DNA from: Antedon mediterranea
Taxonomy: Eukaryota; Animalia; Echinodermata
Reading direction: 5' to 3'
DNA: 64,000 bases
Assembly (NCBI RefSeq): GCF_964355755.1
Contig: NC_092678.1
Coordinates: forward strand, 7,518,422-7,582,421
Below the pieces are notes generated by a model that was not told where the DNA came from, did not search any database, and saw only the letters and a program-made list of their open reading frames with translations. Position 1 is the stretch's first letter. Every line of letters starts with the position of its first letter. Shown here piece by piece: positions 26,268 to 37,604 of this stretch. Made by a program: the position numbers and the translations under genes.

Positions 26268-26950
26268 TTTAAATCTGCATACCTTGAGTATATAAATATT
26301 ATATTTAATTTAGTTTAGTTTCTGTTAGTTTCTATATATTTACTTGATTAACCAATCATATTTAGTTTATTGTCTTATGACATATAAGCAACTTATTTAG
26401 GGTTTTAAATTTTCAACTCATTAGTCAACATTTTGTATAGTAATATAGCATATTATAATAATAATTAATATAACTTTTGTAAACATTTTTGTAATCCTTA
26501 AAGAAAAAATCCAAAATAATTAAAATGTATTAGACACTTTAAATGACTGGTACTATGGCAAAGTTCTTACTTAAATCTTTGCATTTAGCTTGAGTATATA
26601 AATATTACATTCAGATGGACAATTTAGTATTTATATATTTACTTGATTAACCAATCCCATTTAGTTTTTTGTCTTATGACATATAAGCAACTTATTTAGG
26701 GTTTTAAATTTTCAACTCATTAGTCAACATTTTGTATAGTAATATAGCATATTATAATAATAATTAATATAACTTTTGTACACATTAGCCTATTTTTGTA
26801 ATCCATAATTTTAATGTTATAAACATAATATATAAGAATCATGAAAGAATGATAAAAACATGACGACTAGAATAGAAGTCCTTGTGTTTCTGGTACACAC
26901 AAACCTTAAAGAAAAAATACAAAATAATTAAAATGTATTAGAGGATACTT
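26268..26950. repeat. Local tandem duplication (~300-bp AT-rich unit, 2 copies)
   Basis: 26335-26485 is nearly identical to 26634-26784, and the flanks also align. Confidence 0.85.
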
Positions 26951-27240
26951 TATTATGCTGTTTTGGCCATGAATAAAAAAATATCCCAGAATCCATAAGC
27001 ACACAAGTGAGCACTTTTTGCTGTTTTCTCTATTTTCTCCATTTGTATTTGAAATGTCACTAATATTTATAACATTATTTACTAAATAAGATTGAGAAAA
27101 ATAATGAATAAAGAAAAGAAATTAAATTTGTATGCACACAGACATTTAAAGACAGACTTGACTTTAAATGTTAGATGTTGTCAAAACTAAAATGCATTTC
27201 TTTACGCATGTTTTGACAACTCAGATACAGTAAGGTAAGG

Positions 27241-27440
27241 TTTTTTTTTTTTTTTTTTTTTAAACCATATTTAATGAGGGTGATCCATCCAGCTATTGCT
27301 GATCATTAGGGACCCTCAGAGGTTCACAAGACAAACATATACACAAGATCCATAAGAAAAAATCCTGACATGTGACGGGACTTGAATCCAGGACCCTTAG
27401 AGTGGTAGCCGAGCATCATAACCACCAAGCCACAACTCCA
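27241..27440 (-). mobile_element. tRNA-derived SINE with LINE-like 3' tail and poly(A)
   Basis: On the minus strand: A-box TGGCTTGGTGG and B-box GGATTCAAGTCC in a tRNA-like head, a stem-loop tail GAGGGT...ACCCTC, then ~21 A. Confidence 0.75.
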
Positions 27441-27527
27441 CTCTGAATTGAAAATTGGAAGATACCATTTCACACGGCTAATAGAGATAACAGCATAGAA
27501 GTCATGATGTATTCTTACCTTTTGAGT

Positions 27528-27690
27528 CTAGTTCTTGTATTCATCATAAATATGTTCCATATCCTGCTCTGTGGCATTGTCAGCAGGCAACTGGGAGTCA
27601 TCATATACTCTGTTAATGTGTGTACTTGTTGCTGGTATGACAACATTTTTAGGAACTATGTTCATATTCATACTATCCATTCTTCGGCAC
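27528..27690 (-). CDS. HYR-repeat receptor, last coding exon (cytoplasmic tail)
   Basis: AG at 27692-27691. Phase 2 matches the TM exon (AG|G = Arg). Translates RCRRMDSMNMNIVPKNVVIPATSTHINRVYDDSQLPADNATEQDMEHIYDEYKN*. A GTAAG donor follows 9 nt after the stop. Confidence 0.8.
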
Positions 27691-27709
27691 CTAAGTAAAC
27701 AAAATGCAT

Positions 27710-27858
27710 TGTTACACTTTGTATGTCTTGGCCTTATCTGTGTGCATCAGGAGAATGGAATGTGGGGCTAGGCTTTATGTCTTCTTTAATTACAAACATC
27801 GCAAGAGGGCTCTCTATATTATGGTTCCCTGTCATTTGTGATTTTGCACTGGGTTACA
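27710..27858 (-). repeat. 3' LTR (lacks the distal 60 bp of the 5' LTR)
   Basis: 149/149 identical to 37027-37175. On the minus strand it is preceded by the PPT GAGAGGGGAGGG (27870-27859). Confidence 0.95.
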
Positions 27859-27869
27859 CCCTCCCCTCT

Positions 27870-30800
27870 CTAACTATGCATTGTCCCTAATGCAGATATA
27901 GCATTTCCAATATTAGTTAAAAAAACATAAAAAGAAGGATTTCCTAAATTATCGTATTGTAACCTAGCTGGTGGTCTTCTTTCTCTACGTGGACGGGTCG
28001 AAGTCTCCTCCCCTCTCAAATCGTCATCTTGGGGTTCTTCATGATCGATTTGGTCAGTGATCGGAGGTTTATCACTTGCATCACTTGAAGTTAACAAGAT
28101 CAGTTCATCCATTGAAGTTGGTTCCGGCTGAGTAACGATTGGTTGTGACGTTTTGGAAGTTGGTAGGGTTTGGGTGTCATCTGCTGAATCTGAACTAATG
28201 TTGTCTGTATCTGCATCACTATCTTCAGTTTCCATATCTTGCATTGGTTCTTCTATACAAGGGATAGATACATTATCATCATACAAGATGGTGGTGGTAT
28301 CAGTCACAGTCATCTGATCTTTATTATCATTAACAGTGATGATGTTACTGTCATCATCAACAGAACTGCAGTTTTCATGTCCATCTCTGATCGGCATTCC
28401 GTCTCCGATACCTTCCACAATAACCGTGTCCGGTATCGGTCCATGCGTGCTATCAACACATGAATACGACCTAGGCGCATGATCTACCACAGTTTCGTTT
28501 GCTGCTGTCTCCGACGTATCAGGATCCACCATCATACCATCAACAGCAACTTCGGGTATTGCTTCACTCGCAACACTTTCTCTGTTACCAGTCTCAATGT
28601 CGTGGATTACTTCAGGAGGTTCCTTCTCATCAGTCAGTAACCGGATAATTGATCGAGGTGTAAATGGAGGTACATCGACGTTTAGGTGTGGTTGAGTTGA
28701 AGAAGGTGTAGACAGTGGGTCTGGTATAACAGAATTATCATCTGGAATTAAAAGTTCCTCAGAATCAGCTACCGGTACTTGGTCCTCAGAGTCGCATACA
28801 GTACTATGGCGCTCTATAACTATTGGTACTATTAATTCATCATCTTCATCACTGTCACTCTCACTGTCATCACTAGTATGTTGGTTATTATTGTTGATCT
28901 TCTGGTGGGATCTCGTCTTTGGTTTGTGGACTTTGGTGGGTTTTGTTGTAATTTCTTCCACTCCAGTTAGATAACCTATCGGCAGTAAGTGATCTCTGTG
29001 AAGTGTTTTAACAACGTCCCTATCCTTTTCTGGTGTCACTTTATAAACTGGCAGGTTTGGTAACTTATCCACTACTATATATGGATGTGACTTCCATTTA
29101 TCTGCCAATTTGTTCTTGCCTTTTAGTCCAAAGTTCCTAACCATTACTCTATCTCCAGGTTGTAATTCGGAAGACTTTACTCTCAACTTTTCATCGTAGC
29201 GCCTTTTATTGGTAGCAGCATGTTTTCGGCTTCCAACTTAGCTACTTCGTATGCCTTTTTCAGGCCTTGGCGCAGTTCTTTCACGTACTGTCCATGACTG
29301 GTGTGCAAGTGGCCATCGGTGCTGATACCAAAACAGATGTCTATGGGTAATCTTGCTTCTCTACCAAACATTAGATAGTAAGGAGAAAATCCAGTACTAT
29401 CATTTTTGGTGCAGTTGTAGGCATGCACAAGAGCTCCGATGTGTCTGCTCCAATGGACCTTTTTTTCCGTTTCCAATGTTCCTAACATATTTAGGAGCGT
29501 TCTGTTAAAACGTTCAGGTTGGGGATCGCCTTGAGGGTGGTAGGGTGTAGTTCTAGACTTCTTTATCTCAAGCAGCGTCGTGAGCTGAAGAATCACCTTG
29601 TTTTCAAACTCAGGGCCTTGATCTGAATGAAGTCGCGCTGGGAGACCATAGTGTTTGAAGTACTGCTCCCAAAGAACTTTTGCTACCGTACAAGCAGTTT
29701 GGTCTTTAGTAGCAAATGCTTGCGCATACCTTGTAAAATGATCTGTTACTACTAGGATGGATTTTCGACCACTTGCGTCGGGCTCTAACGATAGGAAATC
29801 CATGCAGACAAGTTCCATTGGGCCATTGGTCTTTATAGTGTGTAGTGGTGCAGACTTCTGCGGAAGCGCCTTTCTTGCAAGGCATCTTATGCAATGCTTT
29901 ATCCAGGTATCAATATCTGCTGCCATCTTTGGCCAATAAAACCTTTCTCTAGCTAGTGCCGTAGTGCGTTCAACTCCTAGATGTCCGAGTTCATTGTGTA
30001 ACATCCTGATTGACTTTTGTCTATATTCATCAGGCAAAACAAGCTGTCTAATAGGAGTGCCATCCGGTTTGATTACGTGTCTATATAGTATACCATCATG
30101 GATCTTCAGCCTATGGAATTCTCTAAAAATCTGGAAAAGTTCTTTATTGTCATCGGTGTATTCCTTAGCAGGTTTCCGACCAGCGGTTACTGCGTTGCGT
30201 ACTTTATTAATTACTGGGTCTTTCGTCTGAGCCTCTCTCCAATCTATAGAATCTGGATTTATATCTGAAGCTAAGAATTCATTGGGTATTTCATCTTGAC
30301 CCATGCCTAAGCAATATGCATAGGGTGTAAAGTTCCTATGTGGATTCTTCTTACCAGACGTTTCATTAATAGTAACTGAGTTCCGAGCATATATTGCATC
30401 CATAGCATCTTTTGAACATACTTGGAGTCTTGTTTCTAATAGATCCTTGATGTTTTGTTGATCTGAGATGTCCTTTGAGGCTGAGTTATTCAGTGTAGGT
30501 CTTCTCGACAAGGCGTCAGCATCTTGGTTGGTGCGGCCAGGTTTATACTTGATTGTAAAGTCGAAATTTGCTAAGGCAGCAAGCCATCTATGTCCTGTAG
30601 CATCAAGTTTCGCGCTCGTCAAAACATAGGTTAACGGATTGTTATCTGTCAAAACTTGAGTTCCTTTTGCATGATACAAATAGTCACAAAATTGGTCGGT
30701 GACAGCCCACTTCAAGGCGAGGAATTCAAGCTTATGAGCTGGATAATTTCTTTCACTCTGTATCAGACTTCTGCTGGCGTATGCTACTGGTTTCAACTTT

Positions 30801-32893
30801 CCCTGAACTTCTTGGCATAAAACAGCACCAAGCCCGTCTCGACTTGCATCAATGTGAAGAATGAACTGTTTAGTAATATCAGCATAAGCCAGAACTGGAG
30901 ATGAAGACAACTTATCTTTCAAAGTCTGAAAGGCATTTTCACATTCATCGGTCCATGAGTCACCAAATGGATCTGATGCTCGTTTCAAATCAGATTTCTG
31001 ATGGTTGCGTTTCTTCACACGTCCTCGCTTCGGGGCATATCCGTAACCACTAGACAGGGCATGAAGAGGATTAGCAATCTTGGAGTAGCCTTCCACAAAC
31101 CGTCGATAGTAGCCGGTAAGTCCTAAAAAGCTTCGCAACTCTTTTGCGTTAGTTGGACGTGGCCAAAACTTCACTGAAGATACTTTATCAGGATCAGTCT
31201 GGATTCCTTCTTCACTAACAATATGGCCTAAGTACTTGACAGACTTGCAGAAAAACTGACACTTTTCTGGAGATACCTTTAAACCGTAATCATTTAGTCG
31301 ATCTAATACTTTGAGGAGACGAGTTTCCATTTCTTCAGGGGTTTTGGCGAAAACAATTAGGTCGTCCATATACACAAGAACTTCTAAGTAATTCAGTCCA
31401 GACATACAGGTTTCCATGAGACGTTGGAAGGTAGCTGGTGCTCCTTTTATACCTTGCGGCATTCGCTCGAACTCATAAAAACCTACAGGACAGGTGAATG
31501 CTGTTCGCTCCTTGTCTTCCTCTTTCATGGGAATTTGGTAAAATCCAGATTTCAAATCTATGACTGAGAACCAGCTCGAGCCGCTTAAATAGTCTACTGC
31601 ATCTTGAATTAAAGGCACAGTGTACTGGTCTGGAACTGACCTTGAATTTAGTAGTCAGTAATCAACACACATCCTCAAGCTTCCATTTTTCTTGCGAACA
31701 AGTACTATTGGAGAGGCATATCGGCTCCTAGATTCACGAATTACTCCATGGTCTAACAGCTCTTGTATGTGATTCTGTAAGTCTTTAAGATCAGCAGGTG
31801 ATACCTTCCGAGTACGCTCACGGAAGGGGCTGTCGTCAGTAAGGTTGATTTCGTGTTCTGCATGTTTTGTAAGACCTAGATCCCATTCATGCTTGGCAAA
31901 AACGTTTGATCTGGTTTCAAACTTCTCTAGTATGCGGGTCTTTATTTCGGGTGAAACATCTTGTCCGCACTTAAACGGCAATTTAGAGACAGTAACATCT
32001 TTACTAGCTGTACTGGACACATTAGTCATTCCACATGTTACATTACTATTACTATTTACATCAGTCGAATAAATTGGAGAAGAAATAAAATCTGGGAGAG
32101 TTGCTTCCGCCAGCGGAGCACCCGTAGGAATATGGATATCATCCTTAGTTGAATTGTATATATTTACAGTTAGTTTACAAGTTGACGTGTGCGAAACCTC
32201 TGCTATACTTGCCACTGGAACTATACCTCGATTATTACCTCTACTGAGAGAATCTATAAGCACAGTCTTTGGTGTTCGCAAACGGTTCCGTATAATACCT
32301 TGAACTTCCTTGGTCATACCTGCAGGAATGGTAGTCGAGCCTTTCGCTTTTACTACTCCCAACTTCCCTTCGCTACCTAATTGTGCTTCTTTCTCTGCGT
32401 TGCTATACAGTGTGGCGCACCAGGAATGCATATTTAACTTTTGCAAATATTGATTACCAGCATCTTTCTTACATCGTCTTCTTAAGTTATCAAAAAGACC
32501 AGTGTTAGTACCAACTATTATTTGGTGTTGTGCCTGTGGATTGTCTTTTATTACTAATGTTAAAGTTGAAAATGACTGTCGGGTGCCTGCAAAATGTTGG
32601 TTAAAGCCTAATTCTATCTTGGTCCAGCCAAGATACGGTATCTTTCCGCCTCCACCATGCCAAAGAACAAGGTCAGAAAGTGGATACAGCTTTGTATTTA
32701 AAGACTCAAAGATGGAATTACTAATAACGGTAACTTGAGATCCGCTGTCGAGGAGGCAAGGATGGCATATTCCATTAATGTAACAGACATCAACTATACT
32801 CTCTCCAACTAAACCATGCGGAATGTCACTATTCGGAGCTACTGATCGTCTGATGACATCTGGTCGCTCCTTCTCAGATGCCGTCTTCCGTTT
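27870..32893 (-). pseudogene. pol: Gypsy pol (protease, RT, RNase H, integrase, long acidic tail) with one nonsense mutation and one frameshift
   Basis: Motifs: LLDSGSQVT protease, RT YMDD, RNase H DAS...LEFLAL, integrase HHCC and DDE. TGA at 31657-31655 sits where CVDYR is expected (CGA>TGA). A 1-bp frameshift near 29222 joins the 811-aa and 438-aa ORFs. Confidence 0.95.
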
Positions 32894-32896
32894 CCC
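32836..32896 (-). promoter_or_regulatory. Programmed -1 ribosomal frameshift signal (G GGA AAC plus downstream structure)
   Basis: The heptamer at 32896-32890 is in the gag frame. pol is in the -1 frame with no start codon before the protease. A stem GACGGCATCTG/CAGATGTCATC follows. Confidence 0.8.
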
Positions 32897-33175
32897 TGAT
32901 GCAGTGCAGCTATCAGTTTTTCGTTCACTAGCTCTTGGTTCTGGCTATTCTGGCAACTACGTCTCATGTGTCCCTCTTCTCCACATTTATAGCAAAAGTA
33001 TGATCGGGGCCGTCTAGGCTGACGTGATTGGCTAGAAGAATTTGGTGGTGTTGTAGACTCAGTTGACTGTTGCTGGTAGCTACATGCTGAATTAGCCAGG
33101 AGTTGCTCAATCCTACTTAGCCTCTCAGCCAGGTCTTGTTCTGACTTCCGGTCATTTACTGCTTCAACCTTCGCC
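32839..33175 (-). CDS. gag: Gypsy gag, C-terminal part with CCHC zinc knuckle
   Basis: Contains CYKCGEEGHMRRSC. It joins in frame to 36892-35901 once the inserted element and one ACAT copy are removed (RIAHV-AKVEAVND). Confidence 0.92.
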
Positions 33176-33179
33176 ACAT

Positions 33180-35900
33180 CAGTCGGAGAGCCGCGTTGGG
33201 AAATATGACCGTTATCGCGAAATTTTCGACTTCGCATGACGTCATTAATTTTAGAAGCCCTCTCTCGGCACAGAGGCATCAACGTTTCGCGCGAAAACAT
33301 TAGCATAAAGTATACGTCATTTTATAGCTGTTTAATCAACATTAATAGGCGAAAAATTAACCATATATGGTAAGATCAGTTCCTTATATGTTTAAGATGT
33401 CGCAGGTCACCTAATTTTCGGAATAATTTGTTGGATTTGTTGTCAGTGACAGTTTCTTTCCAAAGTTCGTGTGCAGCCGTCAAAGCTGAAGTTTTCTAAC
33501 TTGTGTTTGTTTACAAATTTTCCATTAGTGGGATTTGCATCCCATACAGTGAATTACCAAAAAATCGGCGTATATGGATAGAGTAAGTATCAATAGTCTG
33601 TTTTACGTTAAAATTGGCTTGAAACCCTATTTAAGCTTCCTACAGCGAACATTTTAAAAAAGGTCCTCATTTCACATAATTGTTACGTCTCGCGGCACTA
33701 GTTCCGTCGTGTGTGGTGCATGGTGTGTTGATTGTGGTTGTTGCAGGTGTGGGTGTGTGTGCACGACCTGGTGGATCGTTGTCGTAATATCGGCCTAGGC
33801 TTAGCCTTAGTAACATGTTGATAATTGAAATACTTTAGTTACAATTTAGTATTATTAAAGATTCGTTAATCCTACTCTATGGGAAGGTTTTAAAAAGATA
33901 ATTAAGCCAATCGCAGCCTGACATATAGTTAAATATCCTCATTATTGGCAACTGATGGGTACAATTTATTTACTGTATTAATAATTATACAATAAATATA
34001 CAGACACAAGGAAGTTTTGTGTTTAGTGCTTTTTTATGGTAGGCCTACAGTACAGTCATATTTTATCTGAATATGTTTTCAGGTTGTGGAATAATTATAT
34101 AATTATACAGTATTTAAGAAAATGTTTTCGTCATAGTGACAATTATTTAAATAGTTCTTTACATTTCAGCTATTCATTTTCATTTCAGGTTTTTTGTTGG
34201 TATCAAGATTTTCTATCTCGTTCTTCAATATGAGGTTGGACGGTGGAAGCTGTAAAGTGGTTTTCTCGATTTCAATATCATTGCTGATAGTTTTTCATTC
34301 TATTCGCTAATATTACATATAAATTTATATTCATTTAAGTTGTAGAAGTGTTTCAGATCAGTAAATTTTTATAAAGATATAAATTAAGTTGCAATTGATT
34401 GATTGATTTACTTTATTAACCAGAGTCGCACAGATGCATACAATATAAACATAAAACAATCATAAAATCAGTACAACAGTAAGACTCAAGTAAAAATGAT
34501 ATCTCAAAAAGTACATATGGTGGCATATTTTATATTTACAGTATTAGGCCTAGCTAGTTTGTTATGTCTGATGAAGAAGGTGCTATTAGAAGTTTTTATA
34601 TACAGTAGTATTTACTATTTGTATCAGTAATTGTTTGAAAGGTTGTATTTTTTCACATTCTGTATATGTATACATAAAAAGAAAAAATGTAATTGCTTGT
34701 GTGAAATGTAAGTTGTATCTAATAAAGTAATAGAATATTTCTGTATACAAGTGTGACATTTACTGCCAGATATTGATATACAGTACTTATAAGTACCAAC
34801 CAATTAACAATACTCAAGTAAATGATGGGCTAATATTATCTTTTTTAAAAACATGACCATATAAAAATACATGGTTGAGTCTCTCAAACAAAAGATGCCT
34901 GATTTTATAAATAACATTCCCCACCATATTTATATATAAATTGAAAATGGGTTATCTTTTGGCATTTTGTTTTTCAATTTATTGTTTTTTAACAGTTTTT
35001 GTAATTTTTTCTGGGCCTAGGTTCTTCTTCAGGCTTCTTCTTGCTTGGTATATGAGCTGGGATAGACCTACCAGCCTAGATTATGGAATACCCAGATTAT
35101 GTCTACTTCTACTCCAGCTACTATAGGCCCTACTACTATAACACAAACTACTACTATCAGAATTACCTAGCCTAACTAGGCCTAGAAAATACTATTTTTA
35201 GGCCTAGCTAGGCTAGAAGTTAAGTAAGTAATTATAGTAGCTAGTCTAAGTAGGCCTTTCCTAGCTCAGAAACCAAATAGAACAATAATCGGGCAGCAGA
35301 TTGAAACCTTAGGCCTGTGACGCAGTACGCCTGCATGAACAACCGGATTAAACAGGGACACGATTCGGTCCGGGTCGATTCGTACCAGCTTCGTAAAACG
35401 TAAACAAAGTTTCAAAATGGCGGTTTTTCGATCGTAACCATGGAGTTTACTCCATGATCGTAACTGAACAGAAATGTAGTAGGTTTGGTTTGATTAGTGG
35501 GAGTTGCATCCCAAGAAAGCTTAAAATTAGATTTTTATTTTAATAGATAGCTTAATAGTTTATCTTGAAAGGATTTTAAATTCGCTTTGAAACCTTATCT
35601 AGAAAATATGAAATTTAATGATTGTTTACCATCATTTAAAAAAAAATATAAATAAAAAAGTTTATACACAAAATAATGATATTTCTCGAAACAAAAAAAC
35701 TGTGGAATTTAGATCACAGTTTTTATCATTATTTACGCTTGCAGTTCAACTATTGAAATACGTTTATTGATTTCATCTAATATCAAAATTATACAATTTT
35801 CAAAGTGTACTAAAATAGCAAAAATTCCAACATTTTTCACGAAGCGCGCCCTCACAATGAATGAAATCAGTGATGCGTTACCAACGCGGCTTTCCGACTG
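33180..35900. mobile_element. Unclassified 2721-bp non-autonomous TIR DNA transposon inserted in gag
   Basis: 20-bp TIR CAGTCGGA(G/A)AGCCGCGTTGG and 4-bp TSD ACAT (33176-33179, 35901-35904). No long ORF. Confidence 0.92.
35431..35464. other. 18-bp palindromic insert with 8-bp direct repeats (transposon excision footprint)
   Basis: ATCGTAAC-CATGGAGTTTACTCCATG-ATCGTAAC. Confidence 0.7.
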
Positions 35901-36892
35901 ACATGTGCGATTCTAGCACCAATCGCCTTTGCCTTCTTGGTTTTCCTTTGGCATTCCTCTTCCCATCTACGCACCTGTCCCAGAAGAGTCAGGTAGGTCG
36001 GTGCATTAACAACCTGATCTCGAAGATGCAGGTCTACGAGGAGAAGTTGGTCGAAGAGAGTTCCCTTCAGGAATTGCTTCAAAAGCGCCTGGTTGGCCTT
36101 GTCTGCTGCAATCCCTCCCTTTTGGACTATCTGCCTCAATGAAGACTGTAGTCTGGACAAATAATCAGAAGGCTTCTCACCTGCTTGTTGATCTAAACCC
36201 ACAAACTGGTGATATAGTTCTTCTCCCGAAAGCGTAGTTCCAAACACCACCTCCAACGCGTCCAAGTAGTCTTTGGCGGTGGCTTGCGGGTTATCTTTCT
36301 TTACGTCATCTATAATATCTAATGCTGGGGATCTTAGAGCCTCTCTCAGTCTTCTCTTCTTCTCCGATTGGGAGACTTCAGTTTCGGCTTCTTCTATCAG
36401 TGCTTTGGCTTGCGCCCGCCAAACATGGTATTTGTCCTCATCTTTTGACTTATCGGTTGTGTGACCAGAGAACACACGGAGCTTTAGGTAGTTGCTACCA
36501 AGCGAAAGTCTGGACAGATCAATTGCCGGTGAAGTGTTGTTTGTAGAAGCTGTTGGTGCCGGAGACGATGATACCATTGGTGTTGAAATCACGGCTGTCT
36601 TCTTTAGGATGATGGTTCGCATCTCCATGTCTTCGGCTACCACAATCGTTTCTGGGATGTTCAGTTCTCTGACATGTATGGAAAGCTTTGCCAATACTAG
36701 CGTCTTCTGCCAGCCATGAGCATCTACCTCCTCTCGTCTGTCCACTGTTTCAGTTGGAAGCGACCCACACAGAGAAATATAAATTCGTTTTGTAGGAATT
36801 TCCAATTTTCGGCTGACTAACAGCAAACATCGATCTACGGGGTAGTTTTTTTCCTCACACCACTCGATTCCGTACGAAACGTAGTCTGGCAT
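35901..36892 (-). CDS. gag: Gypsy gag, N-terminal part (PNMA/Ma-like capsid)
   Basis: ATG ~55 nt downstream of the PBS. Motifs YLKLRVFSG...YHVW...KKRRLREALRSPALDII and QQAGEKPSDYLSRL are typical of PNMA-like gag. The reconstructed gag is 442 aa. Confidence 0.92.
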
Positions 36893-36946
36893 GATCTGTT
36901 GTACACTGGCTCAATATTCCTTAAATTTCCAAGCTTCAATTGGGTT

Positions 36947-36963
36947 TCCCGGACGAGCCCCCA
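36947..36963 (-). promoter_or_regulatory. Primer-binding site complementary to tRNA-Pro
   Basis: TGGGGGCTCGTCCGGGA lies 3 nt after the end of the 5' LTR. Confidence 0.92.
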
Positions 36964-36966
36964 ATT

Positions 36967-37175
36967 TGTAACCCTTCTTGTTCGAAAATACTAATAAAAA
37001 ACAGGTTGTTAATATGGTCGGAGCACTGTTACACTTTGTATGTCTTGGCCTTATCTGTGTGCATCAGGAGAATGGAATGTGGGGCTAGGCTTTATGTCTT
37101 CTTTAATTACAAACATCGCAAGAGGGCTCTCTATATTATGGTTCCCTGTCATTTGTGATTTTGCACTGGGTTACA
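36967..37175 (-). repeat. 5' LTR, 209 bp
   Basis: TGTAACCC...GGGTTACA terminal inverted repeats, adjacent to the PBS. Confidence 0.92.
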
Positions 37176-37604
37176 TATGTAGGCTATGGAGTCATAAAAT
37201 TAATGAGTTGAGCCAATTTTAGTTGTTTAAGTTGACCATTGAAAAATAAAGAAATTATAAGAGCAGTTTAATAAATAATAATACAGTAATATAAGTACAG
37301 TAAATTAATCTTCATTTTAAATGCAGGCAGTAAATGACAAAAAAACATCAGATATATCAAAAGATATATGAAGTAAACGAGCAAGTATAAAAATGAGGCA
37401 GTTCCTCATGATTACAAAATCAAAAGGGTATTGGAAGTTTTTTTGCTTCTTAATCCAGTCATCTATTTGTAAAGTACTGATGAAGGAGACTCTGATTTGG
37501 TGAATATGGATTGGACCAGAAGCATGACTATAACTTTGACTTTAGTTGACAGAATATCAATAATCTTACAATTACGGTAATATAGCAACTATTGATTTTT
37601 AGTA

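Larger units (their letters stand above)
27710..37175 (-). mobile_element. Gypsy/Ty3 LTR retrotransposon (PNMA-like gag), near full length
   Basis: LTRs are identical over 149 bp. tRNA-Pro PBS and PPT are present. Domain order is gag-PR-RT-RNaseH-IN. Confidence 0.97.

Noticed and set aside
27365-27440. Functional tRNA gene
   Set aside because: The cloverleaf is poor and it is attached to a LINE-like tail and poly(A), so it is a SINE head.
33180-33306. N-terminus of the 155-aa ORF (and the RKAALVTHH end of the 341-aa ORF)
   Set aside because: Both are read-through into the ends of the inserted TIR element and are not part of gag.
33180-35900. RAG/Transib-like transposon
   Set aside because: The ends are CAG rather than CAC heptamer-like, the TSD is 4 bp rather than 5 bp, and there is no transposase ORF.
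35901-36892. Domesticated PNMA/Arc-like host gene
   Set aside because: It is flanked by LTR, PBS and pol and interrupted by an insertion, so it is an ordinary retrotransposon gag.
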